Shown here: one piece after another, positions 43,705 to 60,738 of the stretch
How the letters are laid out: each line of letters starts with the position of its first letter
Numbering within the stretch: position 1 is the first letter of the stretch
Assembly: GCA_964016885.1 (NCBI GenBank)
Contig: OZ024742.1
Location: forward strand, 90,892,001 to 90,956,000
Direction: 5' to 3'
Length of the DNA: 64,000 nt
Origin: Eledone cirrhosa
Lineage: Eukaryota
Made by a program: the position numbers and the translations under genes
Notes under the pieces: generated by a model
The model's database searches: none
Told to the model about the DNA's origin: nothing
The model's input: only the letters and a program-made list of their open reading frames with translations

Positions 43705-45888
43705 TGTTAATTTTCTAGATATAAACCTAGATCTGCCTACTGCTTCTTATTAACCGAACCATAAACCTAATGAAAATTTAAAATATATAAATAAAGGCTC
43801 TTGCCATCCTCCTATAGTTTTTAAAAATCGTATCCCTAATATAAGCCGTAGGATCTCCACCCTCAATTCCTCAGAAGCTATTTTCAATAAGGCATCCACT
43901 ACTATAATAAAGCCCTTCAAAATAGCGGATTTAGCGAACCGATTAACAATACTAACTCCTTTAAACATAATAATAGGAAAAGAAAAATAATCTGGTTCAC
44001 CCCCCCCCCCCTACTCTTTAGCAGTTAAAACTAATGTAGGCAAAACATTCCTAGAGCTCTTAGATAAACATTTCCCTAGACCACATAGATACTATAAGAT
44101 CTTCAATAGAAACTGTGTCAAAATCAGCTACTCCTGCGGTCCCCCTATTAAAATCTTATATCTTCAATAAGAAAATACCCAGAGAACATCAAAATTGCTC
44201 CTGTAGAGTCAAAAGTGAATGCCCATCACAAGGTAAATGCAACACCAAAGCCATTGTATATGCGCCTAAAGTGACAACCACCAGCAACAACCTACCAGCC
44301 ACCAGCGAACGATATGTGGGTATGACACAAGACAAATTCAAAACATGTTATTACTCACATGTCGCATCTTTCCGACATCCTAAAAAAAGATTTACAACAG
44401 CTCTGGCTAACAGAATATGGGATTTGAAAGACCAAGGTATCCAATATAAATTAGATTGGTCAATTTTGAACCAATCTAAAGAATAAGCAAGAGGAACAAG
44501 AAGATGCGCACTCTGCATAAGTGAAAAATATTGGATTTTACAGAACCTAAATCACCAAAAACCTGCCTAAATGCAAAAAAAAAATGTTCACCAGTTGCCC
44601 ACACATGAAATCACACTTGCTTTCCAGCTATTATTTCAGATACTTATCCTCCATAAACTCTTGTTCTTCTGTTCTTCACCTTCCTTAACTTACCTTCTTT
44701 ACAGACGTCTCTTTCTGATTTACTTTTATTTTTATTTTTAACTTTATTTTTACTTCACATCCACCAGTGCCCCCCCCCCCCCTGATTTTTGATTCACTTA
44801 CTTTATATCTTCACAATTTTACATATTTTACTTTCCCTTTCCTTTCACTACCTGATATCACTTGTCACTTGCGTTTTCAACTCCAGATATATTCTGTTGT
44901 CCCTCAGCCGCTTTTATGTATGTTTACTTGCGTATAATTTGTACTCATTTATTCATACGGCTGGTTTTTATATCGTATGTATGCGTGTAAGTGTGCATAT
45001 GTGTGTATACGTGTTTGTATATGTATACGAATGCATTCGTATGTGTGTGTGTATGTGTGTTTTTATATCTATGTATTTTAGATACTTATATATATATGTG
45101 TGTGTGTATATGTATATATATATATGTATATATATATATGTATATATATATATATGGTCGCGTGCGTGCGTGTGATTAGATGTACATGTATATATATATA
45201 TATGTGCTTCGTGTGTATGTATGCGCGCTTTTGTATGTATGCACGCATTTTGTCTGTATGTATTTATATATATATTTATACGAACCTCTGTATGTTTTCT
45301 ATGTTTTCTATTATTGTTCATTTAGCTTGAAGCTAAATGAACAATAATAACGCTTAGGGGTATTACTTCTACTATCACTATGACTACGACCACTAACAAC
45401 AACAACAACAACAACAACAATAATAATAATAATAAAAGTGATGTTGATGGTGATGATTAATAGAAAATGCTATTTTCATCATTTCTAAAAATAGCAAAAC
45501 AATTGATGCTTTGGATATGATTAATTATTGGTCGTTAGACATGCTCAACCAGCCGTGACGCTTAAACCAATCAGCTGTAGTGATTCAGTGAAACTACACA
45601 CCGATTGGTCGAAATACAGTTTACAGGGCTTTGCATTCTGGAGCCACTTTTCTCTGTATAAAATGTATGAAAGGTAGAAAATTTACCCATTTTATTACAG
45701 TTGAAAATTGCAAACTTGACTGTCACCACATATTATGAACCTGAAGATTGCGAAAGCATGAAAGTACTTGTTCAATTAAAACTTAGAATCTAATATTCTA
45801 TCATACTATTTCATTATAATACCATTATAAATTTTAAAGGATTGCAAATAAAACGAGTAAATCAGACAAAGTTGGAATTCCTCTTAAT
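43700..45888 (+). mobile_element. 5'-truncated Penelope-like retroelement (Neptune-like): RT thumb, linker, GIY-YIG, 3' pLTR
   Basis: [10 protein letters not shown]...KPNENLKYINKGSCHPP; IIWFTPP/YS...[15 protein letters not shown]...[14 protein letters not shown]; CSCRVKSECP.QGKC...IVY...YVGMT (44115..44486). Hammerhead at 45736. Both ends in (TA)n. Confidence 0.85.
45736..45774 (+). ncRNA. Minimal type I hammerhead of the PLE pLTR
   Basis: tgaac-CTGAAGA-t-tgc-GAAA-gca-t-GAAA-gtac-TT-gttca. 5-bp stem I, GNRA-capped stem II, 1-bp stem III with palindromic GTAC loop. Confidence 0.85.
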
Positions 45889-46325
45889 ATATATATATAT
45901 ATATTTGCATATGTATTTGTATGTCTCTTGGGTGAAAAGGAGGTCATATAAGTGTTCATTCAATAATAAATTGCTCCGAAGAATCCAAACCTCGGTTTGG
46001 AGGAAACAGTTGTAAGCATAAAAATGTTTTGAACAGTTCTTTGATTCTTATAATTCATATAACTGCTCTGTAAATCATCTGATGTTATTACATTGAGCTA
46101 ATTAACTTACTGGTAATAAGGTAGTAGTATATTACTGCCTACCACTATTTAGGGTTTATAAAAATATATATAACTACAAAAGGTTTTTGTATTTGCATAA
46201 CCATAAATAGTATAATCAATACTATATATATATATATATATATATACAGACACACGGTCTCATGCATACACACATTCAAACGTACACATATACATACATA
46301 TATACACATGTAGGCACATATATAA

Positions 46326-46394
<69 letters not shown>

Positions 46395-46417
46395 CATATA
46401 CACATATACACGTATAC

Positions 46418-46466
<49 letters not shown>

Positions 46467-46482
46467 ATACATATATATATAT

Positions 46483-46946
46483 ATTAGAATTGGTGCTATG
46501 AAATACCGATATATATATATATATGAATGTATATATAGTGTATTTTGCAATACACTGTATGCTTAATTAAAAGCATTTTGAAGACCTTACGCTATTGTTT
46601 TAAAGTAGCGACAGTGTCACTTACTTCAATTTTCAGCAAACAAGGGGAGATAAGCTGACAGAGTTCTGTTTCGTACTTGTTGGTACTTATCAAAGCTCAC
46701 CACTTCTCCTGCTTGCTTAAAATTATGAATGTTGGTTTCTTATAGAGTTCCAGTAATAATCAGGAACTGATTATACAGAGTGGTTGCCAGTCCAGCAAAA
46801 ATTGAAAATTAGAATTCGTGCTCTGAATTATCGATATATATGAATGTATATACAGTGTATTTTGCAATACACTGTATGCTTAATTAAAAGCATTTTGAAG
46901 ACCTTACGCTATTGTTTTAAAGTAGTCCCTTGTTTGTTGAAAAAAG

Positions 46947-46949
<3 letters not shown>
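46483..46949. repeat. Terminally redundant ~320-nt insert in (TA)n
   Basis: 46483-46608 is repeated at 46808-46925. 46926-46945 inverts 46631-46648. Confidence 0.7.
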
Positions 46950-47004
<55 letters not shown>

Positions 47005-47382
47005 CATGCTAGAATGCTATGACAACATTGAAATGCTAGATTCAGGAGTCTTGTAGCCTATGCAATTATGTTCATTTTAAAGACCAAAACGTCGAGTTTG
47101 GACCCCTTGTTGATGTATTGCAATTGCCCAGATTAACTAATATCTGCTGATATTACACAAGTCTTTACATATAATGTTATAGCCAGAATATTGTGTACAA
47201 ACGGGATCTCTGCAGGGGATAGATACGGAGATATCTTTACCAAAACATTGCCATAATACACACTAACTAACTACAATGTGTGTATTCCGTATTTTAAGAT
47301 GCAGTTTCACAACTGCAAGCGTATTATTACATTTAGTGAGTGTGTCATATGTATAAACATACACCTCCACACACACACACAG

Positions 47383-47465
<83 letters not shown>

Positions 47466-47624
47466 AAAATGAGGTTTTTTAAATGAAAAAAAAAACAGAT
47501 GTCGTACACGAGAGAAGGTATAAGGAAAAGAAATCGAAAATGCAACTGGAGACTTTTTAAGAATAACTATTCCTAAAAAATAAATATTCTTAAAAAAAAT
47601 TCAGGGGTATTTTCGATTTCTTTT

Positions 47625-47703
<79 letters not shown>

Positions 47704-47704
<1 letters not shown>

Positions 47705-47900
47705 GAAGTGGGACGAAACGTTCATAGACTGACTATGAAGGATTGATGCTAGTGATGTGAAATATTGCATGCTTTAATTCCAACTGTTCTTATTAACAAC
47801 TGCATTGTTTCTTTCCAAGGATAATGTTGAAAAATAAACCTCATTTGGTCATTTCATGAGAATATCTTGGACAGCCTATGAACCTTTCAGCCGACCCTCT
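47704..47900. mobile_element. Mariner-type MITE (~200 bp)
   Basis: Same family as 60168-60378; right TIR cagcctatgaacctttcagccgaccctc followed by TA. Confidence 0.7.
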
Positions 47901-48534
47901 TATATAAATATAGAGATTGTATGTGTGTGGTAGAAAATAATCTTTGTCATGGGAGAATGTGAATGTGTATGCGTTTCTATATTGATGTTCATTTCTGGAT
48001 TAACCTCAATTCCAATGTCAAATCATTATCACCACCATCATTATCATTATCATCATCATAATCATTATGAGCAGCATTAGAAGTAGTGTTTCCTTGATAT
48101 TGTTTCTGTTGTTGTCTTCATTTGTATTTTTTTTTTTTTTTACGTGGTCGTCGTTGTGGTCGACCTGATTGTAATATAAGTATATTTCAGGTCATAGCAT
48201 CTAATTTATTATCACACGCTACTTCCATTTCAGAAATATCAAAAACATATGACAATTCTTGCAGTTCAGGTAAGGTAATAACCCATGTAATTTTGTTAAT
48301 CGTACAGGTAACAGGTGTCATCTTACGGGCCTTGGGTTTATATATATATATGTATGCCTGTATGCCTGTGTATATAAGTGTGTATTTGTGTGCGTTTTAT
48401 GTACGAGTGGTGTCAGGCGTGAAGAAATTTTTTTTCTCGGTATCTTGTTCCTATGCGATTTAAGTTATATTTATAAAAAAATGTAAAGTGTATGTGTATA
48501 TATATATATATGTGTATATATATATATGTGTGTG

Positions 48535-48585
<51 letters not shown>

Positions 48586-48594
48586 GTGTGTGTA

Positions 48595-48629
<35 letters not shown>

Positions 48630-48668
48630 GTGTATATATATATGTATGTATATATATATATATGTATG

Positions 48669-48967
<299 letters not shown>

Positions 48968-48980
48968 GTATATATATATG

Positions 48981-49011
<31 letters not shown>

Positions 49012-49024
49012 GTATATATATATG

Positions 49025-49146
<122 letters not shown>

Positions 49147-49151
49147 CATAC

Positions 49152-49182
<31 letters not shown>

Positions 49183-49203
49183 CATACATATATATATGTA
49201 TAC

Positions 49204-49234
<31 letters not shown>

Positions 49235-49245
49235 CATACACACAC

Positions 49246-49320
<75 letters not shown>

Positions 49321-49416
49321 CACATATATATATATATATATACACATACATATATATATACACATACACTTTACATTTTTTTATAAATATAACTTGAATC
49401 GCATAGGAACTTACCA

Positions 49417-49624
<208 letters not shown>

Positions 49625-49655
49625 GTATGTATATATATATATATATATATGTATG

Positions 49656-49689
<34 letters not shown>

Positions 49690-49805
49690 GTGATAGAGAG
49701 AGATAAAGAGAGAGATATGGATAAATAAATAGATAGATAGAAAAATAGGTAAATAGTAGATAGGTGTATATATTTAAAAAGAGAGATAAATAGGTAGATA
49801 GATAT

Positions 49806-50362
<557 letters not shown>

Positions 50363-50633
50363 TAATAAATTAATAGATAGATAGGTTGCTTTCAATAGAG
50401 AGATTATATATATATTTACTAGATTAAAGCAAACAAATATACTACTGTATGCACTTATGATTTTTAAGCAATAACATATTTTTCTTAATTTATATACATT
50501 TTATTTTTTCAACCTTAATATTTTGATGCATTGAATTCCGTGCTTTATTTAATTCGGAAATTATATGCATTAATCAAGCTAATCTTCTTATCAGACTCGC
50601 GCAAAAAGTCTTAATTGGGGAATATAATGTATA

Positions 50634-51665
50634 CAAGCTGGACCCGTGGAAATTCCACGGAACGAAAAGAATTATTAGGAATTATTTAAAAAAGAAAGGA
50701 CGATTTGCATTGTTATTGCATATAAATCTTACTGTTGTCTTTAATTTTTACATGTGACTGCCAACGTACTCTTGACAAAGCGACATACAGCTGCCCATGG
50801 AAAAATACTGGCTGGGAAAGGAACAGACGCACTTTATTGCATGTTTTAACCAGGCTTTTATTAATTGTCAATGTATACGGCAGTCTTACTGGATACTGGG
50901 CTCTTTTCAAAGTAAAAAGGATGTTGGGATCATTGGGGGCTAACTTCAGTCTTGGGATCAAAACATGACTGCCCATCTAAGAACCATTGATATGAGCAGC
51001 TTCGATGGAATTTTAATGCAATCCCATTACATATTGCATAATCCGTTCTTGATTGAAATATTCCGTAGGAGCGTTATTATTGAACCTGATTTTAACTGGA
51101 GTTTGTGCGGCGGCATCTCGAAGGGTGTAAGTAAGTTCAGAAATAGAATATATGTCAGACTCTGTGGGGTCATCAGTGATCACTCTATCAGTATTATAAT
51201 AAGAATAGCTGTTAACGGGTAGTTGTCTGAGAATCTCTTCGTTAATCAATAGGCAATTAGCATTCTTGGTAGATAAAATTACTTGCGATCTTTTCTCTTG
51301 TTGCGTTGTATCGCTGAAAGTTTGTTTCCCTAAAGAGTCATTTACACATGAGAATGGAGTCACTTCAACATCATCTTCATTCATATTCTCTTCTTCAATT
51401 CAAGGTGTTCTTCCATTACCAAGACGTAATCGCTATTTCGCAAACTCTCTTTGATCTTCTCTTATTATCTAGTGTACAATGTTGAAACAAGTGCTACAGA
51501 TGGGAGATTTTAAGGCATAATTCTAATGGGACGTCACGGGTACTCCTTGGTGATATTGGCAACACTTGCTCATATATACCCGGCTCTCTCACTTACTCCA
51601 CCCCCTCTCTAATTAACTAAAGCCTAAAGCTCGAACGAACGAACAAGTAGAATTATAATGCAGAT
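50634..51665 (-). mobile_element. Internally deleted Helitron
   Basis: PIF1-type helicase C-terminus VLIPR...QYPVRL...TINKS...VF.HGQLYVALSRV (50713..50976). 3' hairpin ccgtggaa-t-ttccacgg followed by CTTG (degenerate CTRR). 5' boundary approximate. Confidence 0.85.
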
Positions 51666-51829
51666 TTGGATCTTATCTCCTCAATTTTGAGACGAGTGAC
51701 ACCCTACCCCAACCCCAAACTCTGGATCCAATAGTCTTGTAATCTTGCCATACATAATCTCTCTGTGGTTCTGCACACACACACTCAAAAACGCGCACAC
51801 ACACACACGCACATACACACAGACACATG

Positions 51830-51940
<111 letters not shown>

Positions 51941-52209
51941 GTAAAGAATAAAATAGACCCAGAAGTAGAAGACCACGAATTAACTAACTCCTAATCTCAT
52001 TAAAATAGTTTGAGAAAGGATACAGTTTTATATAGCATATCCTTGCTTACGCATGCTCCTACTCTGGCCAGCGCATACTTATGCACGAACCTAAATCCTA
52101 AAATAATAGTTTTAATGTTCTCATCATTATTTAATTTTACTATTATTAATAACTTCAGTCATTTTCGTTTGATAATTTTATTTATATCATTCTCAAAATT
52201 CGTAGCTGG

Positions 52210-52718
52210 ATATCATTCGGTTATTCTATATAGAATATTAGTCTATTTTTTTTTATAGCATAAATGTGTTTTTTTCTTTGCAAAAAATTGTTCTTCTCGC
52301 TCCACATAATAAAAAAGGTCCATGAGAAAAATGGCAAAAGAGGTCTGCGTAAACCTTAGAAGAATGAGAAGGATCATTAACGATGACTTTGGAATGTCTT
52401 CCTTCACCCTTTCTGAAACGACAAAACAAAAATGGTTAGAGAGAAGCAAGAATTTGCTTAAAGAAATGAAACGTGGCATATCATTTTAGCAATGATGTTC
52501 GATGGAAGTTAGAGGCTGTTTTTGCTGCAAGAGAGGGTCATTTTGAATAAACTGTATATTAATGTATAGTTACTGTATATTAATGTATAGTTACTGTATA
52601 TTAATGTATAGTTACTGTATATTAATGTATAGTTACATATATGTTGCTGGTCAATAAAATTAGTATTTTTTTTAATTAAAAGTATTTTTATTTGTTTTTA
52701 AACTTATGTCCCACCCTG
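52210..52718 (+). mobile_element. Tc1/mariner remnant with right TIR and internal 21-bp x4 tandem repeat (52551-52636)
   Basis: LEAVFAA..GHFE*-like transposase end; terminus aacttatgtcccaccctg-TA. Confidence 0.65.
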
Positions 52719-52726
52719 TATATACA

Positions 52727-52794
<68 letters not shown>

Positions 52795-52805
52795 TATATA
52801 TATAT

Positions 52806-53254
52806 AAATGAAAATCCGAAGGCAAGGTAAAATTCCAATCATTTAATCACGACACATGTTTCAATAAGAGATAGATCGATTGTGAAGCCACGATCGATTA
52901 TCACTGATCACAGAATTCATTCCCTCATATGAGGGAATGAATTCTGTGAGAGAAAATCGTTATTTTTCTGCCTCATATCAAGAATTTGAAGACAATTCAT
53001 TTTCACCTGATGAGATCAGTGATAATCGATAAAAGGCTTCACAAGCGATCTATCTCTTATTGAAACATGCGTTGTGATTAAATGATTGGAATGTTACCTT
53101 GCCTTCGGATTTTCAATTTGATACTTATACTCCGTTTTACATCATCTAGCTGTTCCCTTGAATGGAATTGGAGATATACAAAAGCGTGGAGAACTTTATA
53201 TTGCTAACACAAAGTTATTTTACACAACCAATAATGCACCTTACTATATAACAA

Positions 53255-53255
<1 letters not shown>
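52806..53255. mobile_element. Fold-back hammerhead element (solo copy 57240-57433)
   Basis: 52806-52909 is inverted at ~53014-53119, with a 40-bp perfect palindrome at 52910-52949. Hammerhead at 53003-53077: tcac-CTGATGA...GAAA-catgcg-TT-gtga. Confidence 0.8.
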
Positions 53256-53300
<45 letters not shown>

Positions 53301-53445
53301 GTAGAACACTGGAAGGTAATATCCGTAGTGGTAGAGCACTCAGTCCATGGGACGAGTTTGGTAGAAGTAGTAACACAACAGTTAGTTCACCATGCAGAGA
53401 ACAATAGTTTCACCTTATGCGGATCTACAGCATATATAATATATA

Positions 53446-55196
<1,751 letters not shown>

Positions 55197-55579
55197 TTTA
55201 GATGACATAGCAAGAACAATGAATTGAAATTTGGTCAAGTTTCTTCTAAAGATGGTTCTTGCGTTTGGATCATACTCTTAAGTGGAGTTAATATTTTTTC
55301 AGGCTTAATATCAAATGAAGGCATGATGCCGTGTCTAAATACTGGAAATTTGTAAATATTCTTATTATTCATAATGACGTAATTATCCTTATCTTTCGGC
55401 CATCGCCAGAGAATGTCTTTACCAACCAAAGTATCGTTTTCCTGTTTTCCTTCGGTTGTAACTTTTTTGAAATATTTAATCTGCCTCTACAGATTGATTC
55501 TTCTCAGTTTCAGCAGATCCCGTAAAAGAGTGAAAGCAGCGATTCTTTGCTTAATCTTTAATCTGTACAAATAATATAC

Positions 55580-55640
<61 letters not shown>

Positions 55641-55656
55641 CATACACACATATATA

Positions 55657-56244
55657 TATATGAAAAAGATGGGGAGAGGAATACTGCATGGTTGCACATG
55701 GATTACATGTTATAAAATGAGTCCCTCATCAGTGATTTGCCAACGATCATTGGTATTTCATCGCATTAAAAATCATATACCTCACGTTGGTGCGACAATA
55801 ACTAAAATAAGTTATTAGGACAATTGAAACGCGTAAAGCGAGTAAGACAAGTAAACAACACAGGGGAAAGCTAACCGAAGATGGAAAGAAACACAAGCAA
55901 CATGGTTATTCTGTCAGCATAAGCTGTGTGAATATATGAGCGAGTAAGAAAAGACCTTTCGTTAGTGAATCCGATGTTAGAAAGAATGAAAATCGTTTTC
56001 GTAGCGAACGGGAGGAAGTAAGAAGGGGAGAAACAGAGAGTGAGTGAGTGGAAGTGCGAGGAAGAAGTCAGTAGAGAGAAGGTGTTAACTGACATGACAG
56101 AGGGGACGAAAGAAAGTAAGAGAAACAGAGAGAACGAGGGAGCAGTAAGAGAGAAAGAGAGAAACATAGAATCGCAGTTTAGGTAAATATATGAAAAATA
56201 TGGGGAGAAGAATACTGCATGGTTGCACATGGATTACATGTTAT
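55657..56244 (-). mobile_element. Terminally redundant ~530-nt element homologous to 24092-24785 but differently permuted
   Basis: 55657-55714 is repeated at 56187-56244. tcatcagtgat...ggtatttcatcgc...catatacctca..ttggtgcga is shared with 24108-24176. Confidence 0.7.
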
Positions 56245-56249
56245 ATATG

Positions 56250-56730
56250 TACAGTACCCGTTTCCCTTAGACATTGAGCTCCCACATTTACGACTGTCAC
56301 GTTCCTACCGACTGAACACTACACCAGGTTTTGATGCATGATCATCTAACCATGGAGGACTCACTGTTACGGATTGAACAAAATTACTGACACACCATTA
56401 ATGGGCCTACACACATCATTTGGATTTTACTGTCATGTGTTTTCTTACTTCACCTTCTGTGTTGGATAAAAAGCCTCCACCACTAAAACAACTATCTTAA
56501 AAGCTCATTGGCCCATGTGAAGGGAAATCGCACTTGCGGACGCATTTACCCAATACCCAACCCTACACGGAGTCATTTGCCGGCCCACATTGCAGTTGCT
56601 TGCACGCACGGATTTGGTGACACGGATTCTCAACAGGACAGCGGTATACAATGAGTTCGACATGAGCTGATTGCTTGCTCTTCATATTTTTTGAACGATT
56701 GGGGTGCGTATATACCATAACACACACTTG
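56250..56730 (-). mobile_element. Possible decayed LINE (RTE-like) 3' end
   Basis: Reverse strand resembles an RTE C-terminus with Cys/His motifs followed by a UTR. Degenerate. Confidence 0.35.
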
Positions 56731-57318
56731 AAGATATGGATGTTACAATTCGATCTATACACGTATAGCAGAACACTGAACTGAACTTACTTGTGTGTGT
56801 GGGTGTGGGTGTGGGTGTGTGTGTGTGTGTGTGGGTGTGTGTGCGTGTGCGTGTGCGTGTGTGTGTGTGTCTCAAATTGAGATTTGACCGACATAACTAA
56901 CTTTCGGTGGTTGCTGTGTTGGTACAGTCTTATATTTGTTTTTTCTCGGACATCGCTTCGGTGTGTGTGAAAGCGTTTGTGTACCCACTCAGGCTAATTC
57001 TACGGGTTTAATACTGTGTTGATGTGTGTATATATATGTATATATTTTTCTTTGACCTCGAGCCGATGTATGTAAGTGTGGAGTGTGTGTGTACCCACTC
57101 ACTTTTAACTGTGACTGACTGTATCCCTACAGATTTTATTGATGTCCAACGTCTTTTGCAGCAATAGAAATCTGAAAACTTTTATGACCTCAACTAAAGC
57201 TAATAGCAGTGGCCATGTCTCTGACTGACTGGTGTGTCTCCATATGAGGGAATTAATTCTCTGAGAGAACATCGTTATTTTTTCTTCCTCATATCAAGAA
57301 TTTGAAGACAATTCATTT

Positions 57319-57392
57319 TCACCTGATGAGATCAGTGATAATCGATCATGGCTTCACAATCGATCTATCTCTTATTGAAACATGTGTCGTGA
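57319..57392 (+). ncRNA. Type I hammerhead with canonical GUC cleavage triplet
   Basis: tcac-CTGATGA-(47 nt)-GAAA-catgtg-TC-gtga. Confidence 0.65.
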
Positions 57393-57436
57393 TTAAATGA
57401 TTGGAATTTTACTTTGCCTTCGGATTTTCATTTATA

Positions 57437-57518
<82 letters not shown>

Positions 57519-57523
57519 ATATT

Positions 57524-57586
<63 letters not shown>

Positions 57587-59224
57587 TTGCACATAAAATG
57601 AAAATTGTGCAATAAATAAACTTGAGAGCGAGAAAGGGAAAGAAGATTGAAGGATAGTGCATGGGTAAGAAGAAGAGATGTTAACATATACTTGGTGGTT
57701 GCGTTACGGCCACTGTATTTCTCATTCTTGTTCTATTTTTCCTTTTTGTTTTTCTTTTAACGTTACACCCCTTCGTACCATGTTCAATGATGTTGAACTG
57801 GAAAATATTTTATCCTATATATGTTTTTATTTTTCATAATTTTATCGATCGTAAACTATATTTTAGAGACACATTTTTGACATCTATTTCTTTTGTCTGA
57901 CATATGTCTCAAGCCTGCTTCTGTTTGATTTAAATCACGGTTATATCAACAACATCAAAAACATATCAACAACAATATAAAGAATAGCAATAAAAAAACA
58001 CACACTATTAATATCAGCAATTTTAGCACATCAGTAACGACCATCACTTCACATAACTCTAAACCTGTCGAGGAAACAGATTTGTGCCCCACATTCTTTT
58101 GGCATCCACAATACAGAATGAAGCTCAAATCAATGAAAATTCTAAGATGAAAATCTCAGATGATCTCTCGTTTCCATCAAAATAGGTAAAATGCCAAAAC
58201 TTCATTATAGAGATTAGGATACTTTGTGATGTACTAAGAATCTCAATTATGAAGAACATTGGCATATTGTTAACATAGCTGGTAGGGTGCTACTCATATT
58301 AATACAGACATGTGAGACCATATCAAAAAGAAAGTCTTTCGATTGTTTAGCTACGAATTATTCACCAACACCTTACACGCTTAAGCTCGTCGGCGCGTTA
58401 TTTCACTAGCTTTCAGACGTTTAATTACTCCTGTATGACTAATCTACTTCAACGTCAATCGGCCTCCGCTCCTTTGAACGTGCCAAGTGAATTCCCATTC
58501 TATACAATACCGCCTAAGACACAAATACTATTTTCTGTCGTGACGTGCCTCTTAAACTACACCTAAGATTCCCCTCAAATAGTGTTCTCCAAACTATAAC
58601 CGTCATGATTCCCTCCTATACATTGCTCACATCTTCGCTACAAACATTTAGCTCTAGATGCTGAAAATCAACATCAACTCCATCATCCCGACCATTCTCG
58701 GCAGATCCTGGTAACTACATTTCCACATTTGGCGAACTTATATAAAAGCTGCCGCCATTAATCATTAAAATATATAAACAACATAGTCGAGACATATGCG
58801 CGTGATTCTTTTCGCTTTTATCAACAACTGTCTGGCACGTCTTTGCTCGAAAGGGGTGACCTGCAGCAAACCAACAATAACGTTGTCTAATTCAATATTT
58901 GTATACAATTTGTTTGGGCGATCTTTTACTTTTCACGTGATGCCTTGTTTCGTATTTCATTATGTACACAATTATGGGGTCTGGCATGGCCAGCTCGTTA
59001 CAAATTCTACTCCTGATTCACACACAAAATGTTGTCGGAGAATGTGGGCTGATTGAAACTGTGAAGAAGCTCCCAGGACGATGTGAACTTCATTTGAATT
59101 TTTGAATTGAAGATATATTACGTTATCCAATAAGACACGACCACATTGGTTTAGAGGTTACGGTTGGCTTGTATCGGATTTTTTCAGGAGGTCATGGGTG
59201 CTGCTTACCTTCCTCTGATTATAT

Positions 59225-59370
59225 CAGCCACGGGCAATCTTTTTCGAGCTGTGGGCCGCATAGAATGTGGCGCATCATAAAGTGGGCCGAACTTCTAAAA
59301 TATTCAAAGCAATTTTGAAATTAGGTAGGTCATTCAGAAATCCAAATGGGCCACAGTTTGTCCATGACTG
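59225..59370. mobile_element. Possible hAT-type MITE remnant
   Basis: Imperfect TIRs cagccacgggcaa / ttgtccatgactg and repeated gggcc(g/a) subterminal motifs. No TSD seen. Confidence 0.4.
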
Positions 59371-60167
59371 GACAAGACCATAACATGTATCACGTGTCCA
59401 ATGCAACGTGGTAACGTAACTTTCTTTCGTACTGTAGTCATTCTCGTTGATGAAGATGACAGTGATGAAAACGATAATGATGATAATGAGGAGGATGATG
59501 ATGAGTAGAAGGATAGTTTTAATAGTAGCGGCTGACGTGTTGAGAATGGTTACGTGGATGACAGCATGGTAATAACGATAATGATTGGAGCGATATTGAT
59601 GATAATGAGGAGGGGTATGACGAGGAAAAATTGTGATGTAGTTAACGATGAAAATGGTGAGTATGACTATAATGACAATGATGATAGTGATAACGATTAT
59701 AATGATGATGGTTGTTATATGGTGGTCGTAGGGATGTTAGTGCTTGTTGTGGTGACTATTGCCTGCTTTTCTTGCTTCCTATGTGTTGTTCGTACGCTCT
59801 TCTTTACTACATAAAGATATTATTTGATAGTCTAGTATCATTTGATATTTTCATACTAGACAAAGTGTTACGAGATACGAAAGAAGTAACATGAACGCCT
59901 AAGATAAAATAAAAACAATAATAATTCAAACATTAATAAAGAACATCAACGAAAAAAAACCCCAATAAAATGAGTCGATTAACGACGGGAGAAATACTAA
60001 GAATTACAATAAAAACAATGGGTAACAATAGCAATGGCAATAAAAACAAATACAGTCTAAAAAAAACTAGAAAGGTTTACGGCCGTGACCCTATCGAAGG
60101 GAAAATACAACTCTCTCACACACACAAACATGCGCGCACACAAACACACACATATATATATATATAT

Positions 60168-60378
60168 AAGGGTCGGCTGAAAAGTTCATAGGTTGTCTAT
60201 GAAGGAATGATGCTAGAGGTGGGAAATCTTGCTTGCTTTAATTTCAACTCTTCTTATTAATAACTATTGTTTCCTTCCAAGAACTATATTGAAAAATAGA
60301 CCTCATTTGGTTATTCCATGAGAGTATCTTGGTCAGTCTATTAACATTACAGACTATGAACTTTTCAGCCGACCCTTG
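60168..60378. mobile_element. Mariner-type MITE (also 63404-63600; single TIR at 60980-61008)
   Basis: TIR agggtcggctgaaaagttcatag / ctatgaacttttcagccgaccct with TA flanks. Confidence 0.8.
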
Positions 60379-60738
60379 TATAAATGAGACAAACCACAAC
60401 AGACACCCAAACCCTCCATCTCAATGCTACTTTTCAAAATCATAAGAACTGTGAAACCGGTAAAATAAATAAATAAATATTCTTAAAAACTCCAGTTGCA
60501 TTTTCAATTTCTTTTCCTTATATATACATATATATATATATATGTGTGTGTGTGTTTGTGTTTGTGTGTGTATTATTAATAGAGATTAAAGTTTAAGCAA
60601 AGGATTTCTGCTTTCACCCTATCCGGGATCTTCTGAAACCGAGAAAAAATTAATCTGTACCTGCAGAAGTAAATATTTTAAGAAAATTACGATTAAATAT
60701 TGCTTTTGGTCTTTGTATTTATTATTAGTATTAATATG

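Noticed and set aside
52551-52636. 21-bp repeats as a possible CRISPR array
   Set aside because: Contiguous tandem units with no spacers, inside a Tc1 remnant in a eukaryote.
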